DNA from: the human T2T-CHM13v2.0 reference genome, Homo sapiens
Length of the DNA stretch: 64,000 nt
NCBI RefSeq assembly: GCF_009914755.1
Contig: NC_060926.1
Direction: 5' to 3' (one strand)
The translations under genes and the position numbers were made by a program. How positions within the stretch are numbered: position 1 is the stretch's first letter; each line of letters starts with the position of its first letter. The notes below the pieces were generated by a model. The model did no database searches. It had not been told where the DNA came from and was given only the letters and a program-made list of their open reading frames with translations. Of this stretch, positions 41,637-59,730 are shown piece after piece.

Positions 41637-43469
41637 TATACCTCATTCTTAGCATATCTTTTCCTGTTAGTTACATGGAAATTTCAGACTAGAGTAATCC
41701 CCACTCCTCCTTACTTTTTATTTATAGTCCCACTTCCAGAGAAAGTCATCGCTAACATTTTGGTTCATTTCTTTTTTCTGTAAATGTTTTGGTCTATATA
41801 CGATTCTGTATTTTTATTTAACATAAGCATTTTTCTTATAAATACTATAGTGGCTACATAATACATTGAATGTACTATTGTTTGTGTAACCATTGCACTC
41901 TTACTGCTCAGGTGCATTGAGGGGAGTTGGAAAGGATGTGAACTTTATAATATTAGTCTTGGATTTGAATCTGGCTCTAACTCACACTATAAATATGACA
42001 GAAGGCAAGGTCCGTTAAGCTTTGATTTCTTTATGAAAATGGTGAAAATTCACATTATTCAGGATCATGTTAAGCATTCAGCAAAATGTCTAGTAGATGA
42101 GGAGGCATGTGTACTGTATTTATAGTAGTTACATTTTTTGTGTTACACAGAATGCTGCAGTGAACATCTTCTGTCTTTTGAATTATTTTAAACTAGATTC
42201 CTAGAAATTGAGTTATTGAATTAAAGAGCCTGAATGTTATGAACATTTTTCAGAGTCATCAGATTGCTTTCTGAAAGAGTTGAGCTGGTTGACGTTAACA
42301 CTAACAATATAGGAAGAAGTCTGTACAATTTATTTTACAAACTGAAGTATAGTTTGTTGCGCTCAAAGTATGCTTTCCTGATGTCTCTTCATATGGTGTG
42401 TGAATTAGTGCTGGTGAGTAGAGGTAGTCTCACATCTTACATGCAACTTCTTGCCTCCCATGGGCTCCCACTCCTGGTCCCACCATCATCAGATAAACAG
42501 GGACCTAGACTTGTTTTAAATAAGGTGCAGGCTTTTTTTTTTTTTTTTTGATTTCCTAATTTTTGTCTTTAAAGGTAGAAGTGCATGTGGCAATGACTGG
42601 GAACTGCCCAGATTAAAAAAAAAAATGTTGGTTCCTGGCCAATTCCAAATGGGTAAAGCTATTTAATCACATCCCTCTCCTTGTTCTGACTTAAAAGGGA
42701 ACGACACACTATTTCAATTTGAATGAGATTTGTAAAATATCAAAAAAGTATAGATAAATATAAAATGAGGTCCCTGATAGGTTCTCTTGCAGTAATTTTA
42801 TCATTTCTCTATAGATGTTGACAGTTTCTAAAGTCCTACCAGGCATTTTTTCTAAGTGACCTTATTTGGGAGGAAAAAGGAATATGTGTCAGAAGGGAAA
42901 AAATGTAGTGGAACAGGAAGGAAAGGGAGGGATACTATTTTGCTACTCCAAAGTAATTGATAGAGGATTCCTTTGGAGGGAGGAGTGGAGAGGGAATTTT
43001 TGCAGTTGTTTTCCATTCTACTGCTTTAAATCATTACCTTTCATTTAAACTCATTTAAATGTCTACTTTTTTCTGATAGATTCCACTCTTTCTGGTCAAA
43101 AGTATTGAGGGGAATTTGAAAGACAAGTCATCAGGTAGGCCTGGATTTGATCCCAACAATAGTTACTGACTTCTAGAGCTAAATCACATGCAGAGATCAT
43201 TAGGTATAAGGTGGGAACCAGGAATCTGCATTTTAACAAATTCCTGAAATAATTGTGTTCATGCAGATGGACCTTGAACCACAATTCAAGACACACTGTT
43301 ACAGAGAAACAACTCTTAGAGCTTTTATTCTCACTGCAATCTTTTACTTGAGGATTTGGTTAAGATCTAAAATGACGTCTGAAAGACAGATGCTTGCTGT
43401 GTTAGAATCATGTCTCCTAGTTCACTGCCTTTGGACCCAAGATGTCCACCTTGAGTTCTGTTTCCTTAG

Positions 43470-43640
43470 CTTAGTGGTTCTTAACCCCAGCTGCACATTA
43501 AGGTCCCCTAGGATACTTTAAAAGAAAATACCGGTGTCTGCACTTCACCTCCAGAAATTCTGATTTAATTGCTCTGGAGTGGGGCCTAGATGGCCTCAGT
43601 GATGTTAATGTGCTGCCAGGCTTGGGAGCAGCTGCCTTAA
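43470..43640. mobile_element. MER5-type hAT DNA transposon relic
   Basis: gtggttcttaaccccagctgcacatta...aaattctgatttaattg pattern. Confidence 0.6.
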
Positions 43641-45036
43641 ACTGAGTCTGACCCTAGATGTTTCTTGGTCCTATTGCAAATCCTTGTGTCCTTTGCACCC
43701 ATCCAAGCCAATGTGTCTTAAGGTTACATATAGTCAGACTCAAGCTGGAGCCCTTGTTGAAATATTATGTAGTGGGGATTATTGTAGAGAAACACTTTGA
43801 TAGAAATTGTAACATATGTAATTTTTCAAGAAACTGATAAGATTATTCACCACCCGTAGTCTACTCAGAGGCTACTCACCTGTAGCCAAGTGAGTTTAAT
43901 TCCCTTCAAAATAGTCACTTTGGGGATTGAGGCAAGTCTTTTTAAGGATGCTTCAATTTTTCAAAACCCATTTGGCCTTTTCTCTGTTTTAGACGTTGCT
44001 ACTTTGTTTTTATTTAAAACATTGCCATTGCTTTAGATAGGACCAGTTTATACTCTAAAAATCACTGGTTTAACCCAATACTTTACCTCACATCTTGTTC
44101 TCCAGCTGGGTAACTCATTCTGTTCACCAGAAAAGACTGTGATTGGTTGCTAGTTTTGTGTTTCCTTGAATTGAATCCCAATTTAAGGATAAATATTTGC
44201 TGCTGCCAAAGTAGGACTTTGAAGAGGCAGCCAGAGGATGTTTCTCTGCAGGGCAATAATTGGGTGTGAAGGGTTTCCAGTTTTTTGTGGTGGATTAGAG
44301 TCTCGGGGAAGACACTCTGAGATAGAAAATCCTGATCAGAACAGGAGTCGAGAGAGAGGAGAGGCCGGTAGGGACAGGGTCAGTTGAATATTGGAGCAAT
44401 GTTGTTTGATAATGAGTTTTGATTTTCCTTTTCTACATTGTGATTCTCTTAATACCTTCAGATGTTTGCTACCTAGGTCGGCAAGTAGGTCTGTCAGTAT
44501 GACTTGCGTATGAAAGAGAAAGCTCTTCTGTGTTTAGACAAAGTAATGCTAGGAACAGGGTGTGGGAACTGATTAGGATCCTGTTCTGTGGGAAATTGGT
44601 CCCTAATGGTAAGAGGGGACAAGCAACTTCTCTGGAGTAGTAGTCTAAAGCTCAGAAGAGTGACAATCAGGCTTAGTGGCAATCAGGCTTTGTAAGCATT
44701 CTCAAGAATCCTTAGGTGCATTGGGGAGAGAATTGGCTAACTTACAGACACACAGGCTGAAAGCTTGAGGTATTTTGTTTGGCTCTTAAAGGCTAGCAAT
44801 TTGGAGACATTGGCTTGCTTATACCCATATCATAAAATTCTGTTCACTTAAAATATTGATGTTAATTCTATTGGTTGTAATAAACTCTATCATGTGCTTC
44901 TGCCCATAAATTATTATTCATTTTCCCACTGTTGTTAACCCAGCACCAAGAGAATACTTACTTACAAAATAACGCAAATGCATGGGGCCCCTCAACGCCA
45001 GCCTTCATGGGGTTGTGATTCATTATTTCCCAGTTG

Positions 45037-45055
45037 AGTGCACCAGGTGGCGCCA
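45037..45055 (+). promoter_or_regulatory. Candidate CTCF site AGTGCACCAGGTGGCGCCA
   Basis: Close match to the CTCF core consensus in non-repetitive sequence. Confidence 0.6.
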
Positions 45056-46214
45056 GTGTCACAGGAATACCCACAAAGAACACTGTGCTGGTGTATTTTT
45101 ACCACTTGGGGTCACTTAAGGATTACCCGACTCCCTTTTTTTTTCATCTGAGCAAATCACAGATTCAAAGGAATTATTTCCCATTACATTTGACAGAGGC
45201 TGTGGTCTTTTTTTCTGGATCCTGAAGGCCAAGAAATGAGCATGAGGGTTTTATTTTTCTGTGAGTTGGCCCCGTGCAGTTTGTGCTCCAGTGTGTTCTC
45301 CTGTCACAAAGCACTTGCACATCCACCACACCAGCTTGCTCCTGGGCTCAGCACTGGGGACTTCTATGTACAAAGAACTTCCACACATGTCAAAATTGCC
45401 TTTATGCTAATTGCTATGCTCATTAACATCTCCAGAACTCGGAATGCTTTTTCTCAGTCATTTCCTTTGATTCTGCCTGTCTCTGAAAGCCCAGATTGAA
45501 TGAAATCAGGTGAAGTATCATGTCAACAAGTCACTGCTGCCTGCTAGTCTTTCTGCCACTTACACAGTGGATCCTAGGCATTACGGCGTTGCCCTTCAAG
45601 AGCATGTTGGAGATTTGTGGAATGGTCTTCAACTGACTTTGCCTGCTTGGGGTTGGGTTTGGGTGGGGGTGAGGGCAGGATGTGTGGGCTTAGACAGACC
45701 AAATAATGAACCTCATGACTTCAAATAGTAGCTCATGGCTACTTATTTGAAAACCATAAGTGATGATTGGACACCCCAAGTGATAGTCTTCCACAATGTC
45801 CCTGCTAGCCAAACAGGGAGATTTGGGATTTTGGATTAAGAGATACTAAGTGGAAAAACAGCCAGACCTGATCTGTCCTTCTGCCTTCTGCTTTTCTCCA
45901 AAGAATAGCTTCTTGGGTGGGAGCAGGAGAAGGCTTAGTCACTGTTCAAGAGCAGCCTCTTCTGGTATAATTTATACCTATGACAGGAGCCCATTTGGCC
46001 TTTACCATTTAAGAGTTGTTATTAATCCATGTCAACCCCCATTCAAGAGCCTGTGATGGGCCTTGATTGTGTTTAAGTCCAGACTAATTTGGGCACTTAG
46101 GGCCCTCTAAAATCTAGTCCCAACCTTCCTAGTCCTATTTCCCATACTCCTCAAATCATATCAAATCTGGACTCCTTATTCCCCTCCATATATAACAATG
46201 GATAAAATTTATGA

Positions 46215-46420
46215 CCCTTCACTATATCAGGTACTGTTCTAAGTGTTTACCCATCCTAACTCAATCCTCACACCAACCCCAGAAGACAAATTTTACTGGT
46301 GTTCCCATTTTCATAGATAAGGAAACTGATGCACCAAGAAATTAGTGATTTGCTGAAGATCATGTGACTAGGAAGCAGTGGAGCCAGAATTAGAATCCAG
46401 GCACTTGTCCACTACTCCCT
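46215..46420 (-). mobile_element. MIR
   Basis: cccattttcatagataaggaaactga core. Confidence 0.7.
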
Positions 46421-46681
46421 GCTCAGTCCTGCTGCTTAAAGACCTGCCTCAAAGAAGGCTGCTCAAAGTCCTGCCTTCTCTTGCCTGTCAAAATTCCACC
46501 CATCCTTAGGGACCTGAGTCACTGCCACCTCTCTTGTGGGGGCATGAGAACATCATGCTTTTGAATACCAGCCATGAGCCAGCTATTTTGTATTTTGCCT
46601 CATGTAAGAGCCAATGCTATCATTTTTTGCAGATAAGGAATCCAAGGCCCAGAATAGTGAAGTCTAAGTACCCCAGGTTGA

Positions 46682-47002
<321 letters not shown>

Positions 47003-47010
47003 TAGGTTGA

Positions 47011-47442
<432 letters not shown>

Positions 47443-48854
47443 TGCAGCTCTTAATTTTTAAAAACTGCTGTATGACTTTTTTTCCCACTCTCTGTTTCCA
47501 GGTGGGTTAAATTCTGCTTCGGTGAAGGGTTTCTGGATGTCCTTTTTCTCTCCCTACAGTGTGCACAGTGGGTGTACAACAAATATTATGATTAGCTTTT
47601 CATAAAATGGGAGGGTCTATCAACTTAACCTGGAAGAAATGAAAGTTCCTCTGCGGATACTGAGACCCAAAACAGAAAAACACCTAATGACTTTTAACCC
47701 TGAGCAGGAATCATTATTCCATGGTCCTATCCAGGACAGGATAGAAGACCAGGATGGTTTTCAATGGGAAAATACAGGTTTTGGCTTCTTCAAGAAAACC
47801 TTGACCAAAGCCTGAGCCTGATTTTGAGCATATGGGCCCAAAGCTCCAGTTTGCTATGGCTGAGTATTCAGTGTTATGGTGGACCGACACTTGCACAGAA
47901 ACATGTGAATTCATCACGGTTATTTTTGCAGCATTGGAGTTGGCAAACTTCCAAGTCAAGAACTTTCTGCCTTTGCAGCTCTTGGTTATTTGAGGCTGGA
48001 TGACTCACTTTGTGTAACATCCTCTTGTTTTCCTCCTTTTCCTCCCCGGGGCCCCCTCCCACCTGAGGAGATCGGTAGGGGCAGAGAGGGTTGTGGAACT
48101 CAAGCCACTGTTGGCAGCTTCTTTTCAGTTAACATTTTTTGGGGAAGCCATCTTTACCCCCTTCTTGCTCTTATGAGGCAGGTCACTTCCCCCTTCTGTA
48201 TCCTCAAAACCTTTTGTTCCTTCTTTTATTAGAGCGTTTATGTTCCGATATTTTATTTGACTGCTTAAATAATAAATAACAAATACATAATAAAATTTCC
48301 CTCAGTGTCTCTTTCTGGATAGAGTAGGGTGTTTAGGACAGGTCTGGTTTCAGTATCCTCAGTACCTGAGGCAGATCTGGCTGAGAAAAGGTGATTTGGT
48401 AAATGTTTGTTGAGTTGGAGGGAAGTTTAGATGGATGGACAGGTAAATTATCACGAGAAACTTTTGTGAAGGAATTTTAGACACCAGCTAGCATAATTAG
48501 GGTGAGAAGTTACGATTTGTCAGCTAGTTAATTTGTATTTTTTGGGCAGGAGATCTGCACATCCTGAAAATTAGGCCACAGAAGTAGACAGGTTCTAAGC
48601 CTTGTCTTTCTCTTTAAACAGGGTTTGTGTTTTTCAGGCTGAAGCAGTACTAGCTTAGCCCAGGACAACTGGTTACTTTAGAAGGAAATCTCCTCACCAC
48701 TGCTGTCCTACACTCTGTCAATTCTTTCTGAGACACAGCAGCAACATCCACAGGTGGCAGGCAGGCTGTGCCTCAGGGCTTTGCACTCCATCTCCTCTGC
48801 AAGTCAGGAATATTTATTTTACTTGAAGGAAACAGATTCAAAGAGGTGAGGTAA

Positions 48855-49503
48855 CAATTGAACAATAATACTTGGAGACTTCAATACACTGCTTTCAATA
48901 ATGGATAGAACAACCAAACGGAAGATCAATAAGAAAACAGAAGACGTGACCAACACTGTGGACTCACTAGACCTAAAAGACATCTGTAGAACATACCACC
49001 CACGAGCAGCAGAATACACATCCTTCCCAAGTGTACATGGAACATTCTCCAGGATAGACCCTATGTGTAGAAGTCAATAACAGAAAGGACTTTGGGAAAT
49101 TTACAAATATGTGAAAACCAACAGCATACTACTAAACAACCAATAAGTCAAAGAAGAAATCACAAGGGAAATTAGGAAATACTTTGAGATAAATGAAAAG
49201 GGAAACACAACATAGGAAATCTTATGGGAGTAGGTAAAGCAGTGCTTAGAGGGAAATGTATAGCTATGCATGACTATATTACAAAGGAAGAAAGATCCCA
49301 AATCAATAACCTAACCTTCCGCCTTAAAGCACTGGGGGAAAGAAAAAAGAACAAACTAAACCCAAAGCAAGCAGAAGGAAGGAAATAATAAAGATTAGAG
49401 CAAACATTAATGCAATAGAGAATAGAAAAACAGTTGAGAAAATCAACAGAACCAAAGGTTGGTATGTTGAGAAGATCAACAAAGCTGACAAACCTTTAGC
49501 TAG
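48855..49503 (+). mobile_element. Internal L1 ORF2 fragment with TSD, inserted in a MIR
   Basis: ggagacttcaatac and gcagaatacaca L1 ORF2 N-terminal-region motifs; flanked by AAAGAGGTGAGGTAA direct repeats. Confidence 0.88.
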
Positions 49504-52500
49504 AAAGAGGTGAGGTAATTTTCCCAAGGTGACTCCAATAGCAAATGGCAGAGCCAAGATTCCAAAGCAGGACTGTCTAATGTCAAATCTGGGGTTGTAG
49601 CTTTGTCTCTCACCTGGACTAGGAGTGTGTCAAGGATCAGGAGCTTGTCTTACTCATGTGTGCATCCCCAGTGCTTTGCTCTGTGCCTGGCACACGTAGG
49701 GGCTCAGGAAATATTTGCTGAAGTAAAATGAAAAGTAAACCTCCTCCCCACCCTTAGCAACCATCTGTGTGAGATGATAAATTATGCTTCCAATGCAGAT
49801 CAAGCTGAATTGCACTATTTCTGATGAGAAAAGCTGAAAACAGCAAACTGCTTGTCCTTAAAAATAAACCCTTCAGCTTCAGAGATTTGGCCCAGAAATG
49901 AACCGTGTTATAGCTCAAGCCCTGAGATTGAGTTTATTACCCTGGAGCCAGGGGTGATGGAATTTGTGACTGGAGAGAGAAACTCGATCACCTTGACCTG
50001 GCCGCTGGATGCAGACTGCAGGCTGGTCTGCCCTTGTTCCCGGTCCCGGGCCCCGGAGGCTGAACACCACTCACGGGAGGGCTGGCTCAGCTCAGAGGGA
50101 CAGCTGATCCCACAGAGCTCAAGACACTGAATCGTGTCCGCAGACCGATAGAACAAGGGTTCAGCGATGGTTTCCCAGCTGAGCCAGACCACATGGAGCC
50201 TAGCTTCCTGATATTTCACAAGGGGTGAAATGTAAAGAATGTTGACTTTCATTAACCCAAGTGCATGTCGATATGTCCTGAAAGGCTGGGAGAAGGTGAG
50301 CCCAGGTAGATTCTAGAGCAGGATGCCACCACATGTTCAGGCTGGAGTGACATGGCCAGCTGTCCTGGGGGGCAGGGGAGGACAGAGACCCTTCACCAAA
50401 TGCCATCTCTTCTTGGCCTCACAATGGCTGCGTGAGGACAGCAGGGTGCAGGCTGCTTGCCCATTTTCCAGAAGGACAAGATGAGGCCCTTAGAAGTTGC
50501 CCTACTCACAGCCGGTAGAAAAATGAATCCAGTTTCTTGGACTCCAACGTCTTTCTGCCCGTCCCCCGCCTCCCGACTCTCACCTCCTTGGAGGCTTACG
50601 GGGCTCTGTATAAGTTTCCCACAAAAAATCCGTGCTGCTGGGTGGAACGCGGGTGCTGTTCACATTCGTGTGTGGTTTTCCCTGGCTTATATGCAACAGC
50701 TTCTTTTTCTCTTTTCTTAATTTAAAGGTGACTCTTCTGGAAGTCCCCAAAGTGGAATTGACCCTAAATTGAAAAGAAGATCTTTCTAGGGCAAGAGCTT
50801 TGTTCTTGTGAATTTTCTGCCTCACCAACCATGGGGAATGTGAGCTGGGGGGGAAAAGTCTGTTAAAGCTGGTCATTCATTTCAGGGGGCCAAGGAGCGA
50901 TTCTGAAGGAGCAAAGTCTCCTCATGCTCTTGGCCTTTTGATCTACTCAGGCTCTGTGGCAGGAAGACAGGGAGGAATCCCTGATCACCCACAGCCCTCC
51001 CCGCTGCTGTTAAGGCAGTATGATGATGGGGGGTGGAGCTGGAATTAAAAATAAAGAAATACAAGCTTGAATTCTACTTTAACATGAACAATCTCTAATT
51101 TTCATATCATAAAATGAATAAAATAATATTTTTTCCCATAGAAAGTGATGAACTGGTACATGTATTTTAACCAGTTGTAAAATGTCTCCTTCCCTGTATC
51201 TGTGTCTCCCGCTGTATGCCGCCACAATATCTGGCACGCATGCACTGTTCCAAATGTTGGGTTTAAAAATTTCATTTTATGATTAAAATAGAGAAATATT
51301 ATCAGTGAATATTAATATAGCATTTAGTGACACAGCAGTTAGGATTAGGTTCAATTACATACAGCAATGCACTCAAAATATGGTGGCTCAAATACAAAGG
51401 ATTTATTTTCTTTTTGATATAAAAAAGTGTATTTGGGAGTTTTCAGATAAGGTATAAACAAAAAAAAAAAAAAAAAAGAAGGTGTAGAGGCAGGCAGTCT
51501 GGAGCTAGGAGCTAGTAACGTCAGCCCTTCATCATCAGATATCCCAGCTCCTTCTGGCTTTCCGCTTTTCCATGCTTAGCTCATGACGTCCATCCTCAGA
51601 GATGCCGCATGATCTCACTTGCTGCTGGAGCACAAGCCATCATATCTGCATTAAGTACAGCAGAAAAGAGAAAAAAAGAGAAAGCCAAAAAGGAGCTCCC
51701 TTTCTGGTTGTCTCCCTTTTAAAGAGTCTTCCCAGAAGTCTGATGCAACAACTTCTATATACAGCTCATTAGCTAGAACTTGGGGCCACATCTCCTCAAG
51801 AGAGGCTAGAATATGTAGGGTGGTTTTTGTTTTTTTTTTTTTTTTTAAGTCTGGGAAGATTGGAGTTCTGTGTCTAAGCCAGAATGGAAAGTTGGATGTT
51901 GAGGAGGCAACTAAATGTCTCTGCAGCATACACATTATGTAAATATGTGATGATGGGGTCATGTGAATCTCATGTCCAGGCATGTGCATTTTTCTCACCA
52001 AATTTATTCATTCATTAGTCAGTTACTCTTCATGGAATCTGCTTGCAAAGCACTGGACTGGGTGCCATGCACACATAAATGAAGAAGTGAATACCAGGTC
52101 CCTTTCCCCCTAGTGCATGGGAGTAGATGGCAGAGAGGGTACAAGTAAGAGTCACAAGTGCAGTGATGGAATGAGCAAAGAGGACCCAGAGCTCCTGGCC
52201 CAGCCTGGGGGTTCAGGGAAGGCTTCTAGGTAGAGGTGACAATGATAAGCCTTGAAGGATGAGCAGATGTTAGTATCTAGAGATAGGAATGCTGGCATAA
52301 TTAAGCAGGTGTTTGTCAAGTAATCCGCTTTGCTAGCATGCACCATGACAAAAAAATTCTCAGAAAGGCCCTCTGAGCAATTCCTGCTTCACTAAGATGG
52401 TATGAAGAGAAAATGAGAGACTTTGATTTGCATCAATTTAGGGACCTTCTGATTACAAATGACAGAAACTTCAACTCTGTCTTAGGCAAAAAAGGAAATG

Positions 52501-53250
52501 TATTTGTTCACATAATGGAGAAGCCCAGACTCAGGCTTCCGATGGCCCTTAATCGAGGATGTCACATGGTGACAGTGGAGCTTGGTTTCTCTGCCTTCTG
52601 GATTCCCTAGTCCTCTGTTCTCTGTGTTGGCTTCATTCTAAGTCTCAGGCTCAGAGCTTTTGAGTCCAGCAAAAACTGAGAGCTGCTCTCGTAGAAGACC
52701 CAGGATATACTATGACAGTTTGAAGAATGGGATCATTTGTCCAGTCATGACCAATCACTCTGGCTGGGGGAATTTGGTGCGTGATTGGCCAGACCTAGGC
52801 CAGCTGCTCACTCCATCTGTAGAGCTGGGAGCCCCACTAGAAACTAAAAAGATGAGGCTGGAAGATGGTCCCTGAAAGGGATTTGGAGAGCTGTGGTCAG
52901 AGGAAAGGGGTGTGGAGACTGGGTGGCCAAACAACACATATCCACTGCTACTAGATATTGGTCGGTATGGAAGGCATTGGTGTGGACATTTACAGATGAA
53001 GATGATAAGGTTCAAAGAGGTTAGATAACCAGCATCCACAGCGCTGAGTGGCAAGTGGTGGCTGGATCCCTGGTTTCTTTGACTGCAAAGCTTATGCTCT
53101 TGCTACCCACTGCTACCTCCCAGCATCACACTGTTGGATCCCATGCAGTCCCATGGCTTGGTGGTAGGGGCTGACCTGCCTGGATTCAACTGAGTTATTT
53201 GCCAGGGCAGCCATGGTCAGCCAACTCCTGGTGTGATATAGACACTTGAG

Positions 53251-53520
53251 GGCCAGGTGCAGTGGTTCATGCCTATAATCCTAGCCCTTTGGGAGGCCAA
53301 GGAAGGTAGACAACCAGCCTGGGCAACGTGGCGAAAACCCATCTCTACAAAAAATTAGCTGGGGGTGGGAGCATGGTTGCCCACGCCTGTAGTCCCAGCA
53401 GGGCTGAGGTGGGAGAATCACCTGAGCCTGGGAAGTCAAGGCTGAAGTGAGCTGTGATCATGCCACTGCCCTTCAGCCTGGGTGACGGAGTGAGACCCTG
53501 TCTCAAAAAAGAAAAAAAAA
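53251..53520 (+). mobile_element. AluJ-like element with internal deletion
   Basis: TSD AGACACTTGA on both sides. Confidence 0.9.
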
Positions 53521-53946
53521 GACACTTGATACATCATTTTTGAATGAATAAATGACTCTATCCTCAATCTGTGCTGGAAACTGTAGTGCAGAGTGTGGGG
53601 TTGAAAACCACAAGCTTGTCTGAATTCCATAACATCACAAGAGAAACAGGAAAAGTGAAATTTGCCCTTCTTTTCAAGAACAATGGCCATTGCTTGACAC
53701 TCTTTGAACTGTCGGCAACGTCACTTCACCTCCTTTCTGAGGTGCATTTTGCATGTGCTGCTCAGCAGGGTCACAGTGGCTGCCGATGAGGCGTTGTCGA
53801 CAAGGGGACTAGCACAACTGGAAACTCCTTTGCATATTTCCATATCCTGGGCTCTGGCCTTCACGTGGTTGTCACCAGACTGTATTTATAAGACAGCATG
53901 AGACAAGTGGCCCTCCCGTGCTCACACATGGCATTTGAGACTCTGA

Positions 53947-54290
<344 letters not shown>

Positions 54291-54319
54291 AGTAACTATT
54301 TTTTAAAACTCCAGTGTGT

Positions 54320-55166
<847 letters not shown>

Positions 55167-55876
55167 TGAAAGTTTAAAACAAAACAAAAAAGAACCATTG
55201 CGATGAAAATGTTCCAGTATTGATGGTGGTGACAGTGTCTCTGGGTCTCCATGGCGTCAAAGTCATTCCCAGCCCATCCTAGACATAGAGTCGCCTTCCC
55301 CGCAGCAGCATCCAGCTTGTCCCAGATGGGCAGGACTGGTCTTTCTTCACTTCCCACCAGCACTAGCCCCGGACTGCTCTCACGCTGAGGGTGGGATAGC
55401 TCCTGGGTGTCATATTTGCCACTTACTGGGCATTTTCAGGTCAGATACGGTATCTGTGAATTCACTAAAAACTGTTGAATTGTACACTTGAAATGGTGAA
55501 TTGTATGGTATATAAATTATATCTCAGTAAAACTGTTGCTGAAAAACCCCTGTGTGCTAGGCCCCTTGCCAGGTGGTGGTTAGCTAGACCAGCACCCTGG
55601 CTTCTTCTGGGACTCGGAATTTTAAGGCAGCCCTTCTGACCTGAAAATGCCCTTTAGGTGGCAAATATGACACCTAGGAGCAACCGCAGCCTCAGCGCCG
55701 GGAGCGTCCTGGGGGCTAGTGCTGGTGGGAAGTGAAGAAAGACGAGCCCTGCGCCATCCGGGACAAGCTGGCTGCTGCTGCCGGGAAGGTGACAGGGAAG
55801 GCGACTCCATCTCTGGGAACAGACAGGAATGACTTTGACATCATGGAGACCTGGAGCCATTGAAATGGGCTTTAAT

Positions 55877-56350
<474 letters not shown>

Positions 56351-56564
56351 CTAGAGAATGGAAAACCTACCTTGACCAGTGCCTCACTTTCCCCACTGAA
56401 CAAAATGACCTGAACACTCTTACCCACTTTTAGGGCATTTTTTGTGTGTGTGTCTTTTATAATTTTGGTCAGTTTAAGGCCTGTGGCCAGTCAGACCACA
56501 CATCATGTACTCAGGTGCTAAACTCCCTGAACTCAGAGCTAACAGATCACCAATTCTTCCTTCA

Positions 56565-57410
<846 letters not shown>

Positions 57411-59065
57411 TCATGTTTCCACAGTGACATCATCACTGGTGGAAATCGGAGGATCAGCACCTTGGATTTACCCGACGTGCACAGTCTGTGTTGTCCCCAG
57501 GGAGACCCTGGCAGCCGATGTTTTCCTGATCTGGAGAGGCTCATCTTGTGCTGCTGCCACATATGACTGCACGACTGGCCCAGTTCACATAACCGTGGAA
57601 TCTCACAGATCCAGAAGAAAAACGAGGGTGTGAACCCTGGACCCCAAGCAGCATAACCCCTCCAGCCTCCAGGCGGTGCAGGCTCCTCCTGAGTGCACAC
57701 TTCCAGGGATGAGAGGCTCACTTTGTCTGAGGCCGTGATTCCACAGCTGGGCTGACTCTAACACCAGGGACTCCTGTCTTTCTCCATGGTGCCTCATCCC
57801 CCACCCCGCAGATCAGATAAGTCTCTCAGTGCTCCATGAAGTCCTTCAGAAATACGTCCATCTGGGCTTCTCTTCTCCAGACCAAAAAAACCAGCACCCC
57901 TTCAACTCTACCCCTTTAGCATGACTTAAAACCTTTCATCCTCTTGGTCACTATTCTTTGATTATATTCAAATGGATAAAAGGTGGAAGCCAGGACCAAC
58001 CCAATGCTTTAAGCAGTAAGTAGGGTCTGGCTGCTGTGGGATGGAGCAGGGGCCTCACCTTCCCACACCTGGATGTTCTCCTTCTATTAATGCAGCCTTC
58101 AGTGGCTCTAAGTATGGGCAGCTGCCAAGGCTTAAGAGAAGCTCAGCTGACCCCCTTCCAAGTACTCCCCCTCCCCAGCTATTAGGCTATCCTGCTCTTG
58201 AACAACAATTGTCTTCTTCTGAAATCTGTGCTTGCCCCGGGAAAAATTACCTTGCTAGTTCCAGTGCATCAGGATCTCCGCAGCTCTGATTCTGTCCTTC
58301 TTCTCAATGTTTTGTTTTCAACTCATGAAGAACAGTGGTTCTCCTAACCCCCACCCCAGTTTCTGACCACCTGACTTTTAGGTGAACACCTCATCTTTCC
58401 TGGGAGATGCCGGCACTTGTGGGCCCTGAGCAGTGGCTGCAGAGCCATACCTGGCAGTTTCCTGCAGGTCACCGCAGCCTCTCTCTTTCCATCCTGCCCC
58501 TCGGAGCATGGTGTCACCTTCTTGTGCCCATGTAGGAGGCGAATTCACCTCTCTCGTGCTATTCTCTCTCTCTTCTTTATATTTTAGCTCTGTCTCTCCA
58601 GGCTTGGTTCCCCATTCACTTCTGTCCTCACCAAGCACTGTCCTTGTGCAGGCCACTCTGCTAGTCCTTGACGGCAGGGCTGGGTCCTTCTCTTCACTCT
58701 GTCATCTCCAAGGACTTGCCACATAGAAGGGGACATAGAGACATCAGCAACTCATGGGAAAGCACAGAGAGCTGGACCATCCCTCCTGCAAGGGCCAGGA
58801 GGGATGCTCCAGCCCCGTCCCATCTGGTAAGAGGGAGTTGAGGGCCAGCTCAGGTTTCGACACATGCCTGGCTGTGAACGAGTGCAACAGGGAGTCGACT
58901 CAGGGCTGATGTGCTCTCCTGTGCTGTGTGCCCTGTCCCAGTGCCTGGCCAAGGAGGTGCACGTAGGAGCAGGTTCCTCCCGCAGAGAGGGGTGTCTTTT
59001 AATGTTCGCCAAATGGGTAGAAGGGCCCCATTCTCTCTCATCCAATTCAGTGGGCCCTGATTTGA

Positions 59066-59730
<665 letters not shown>

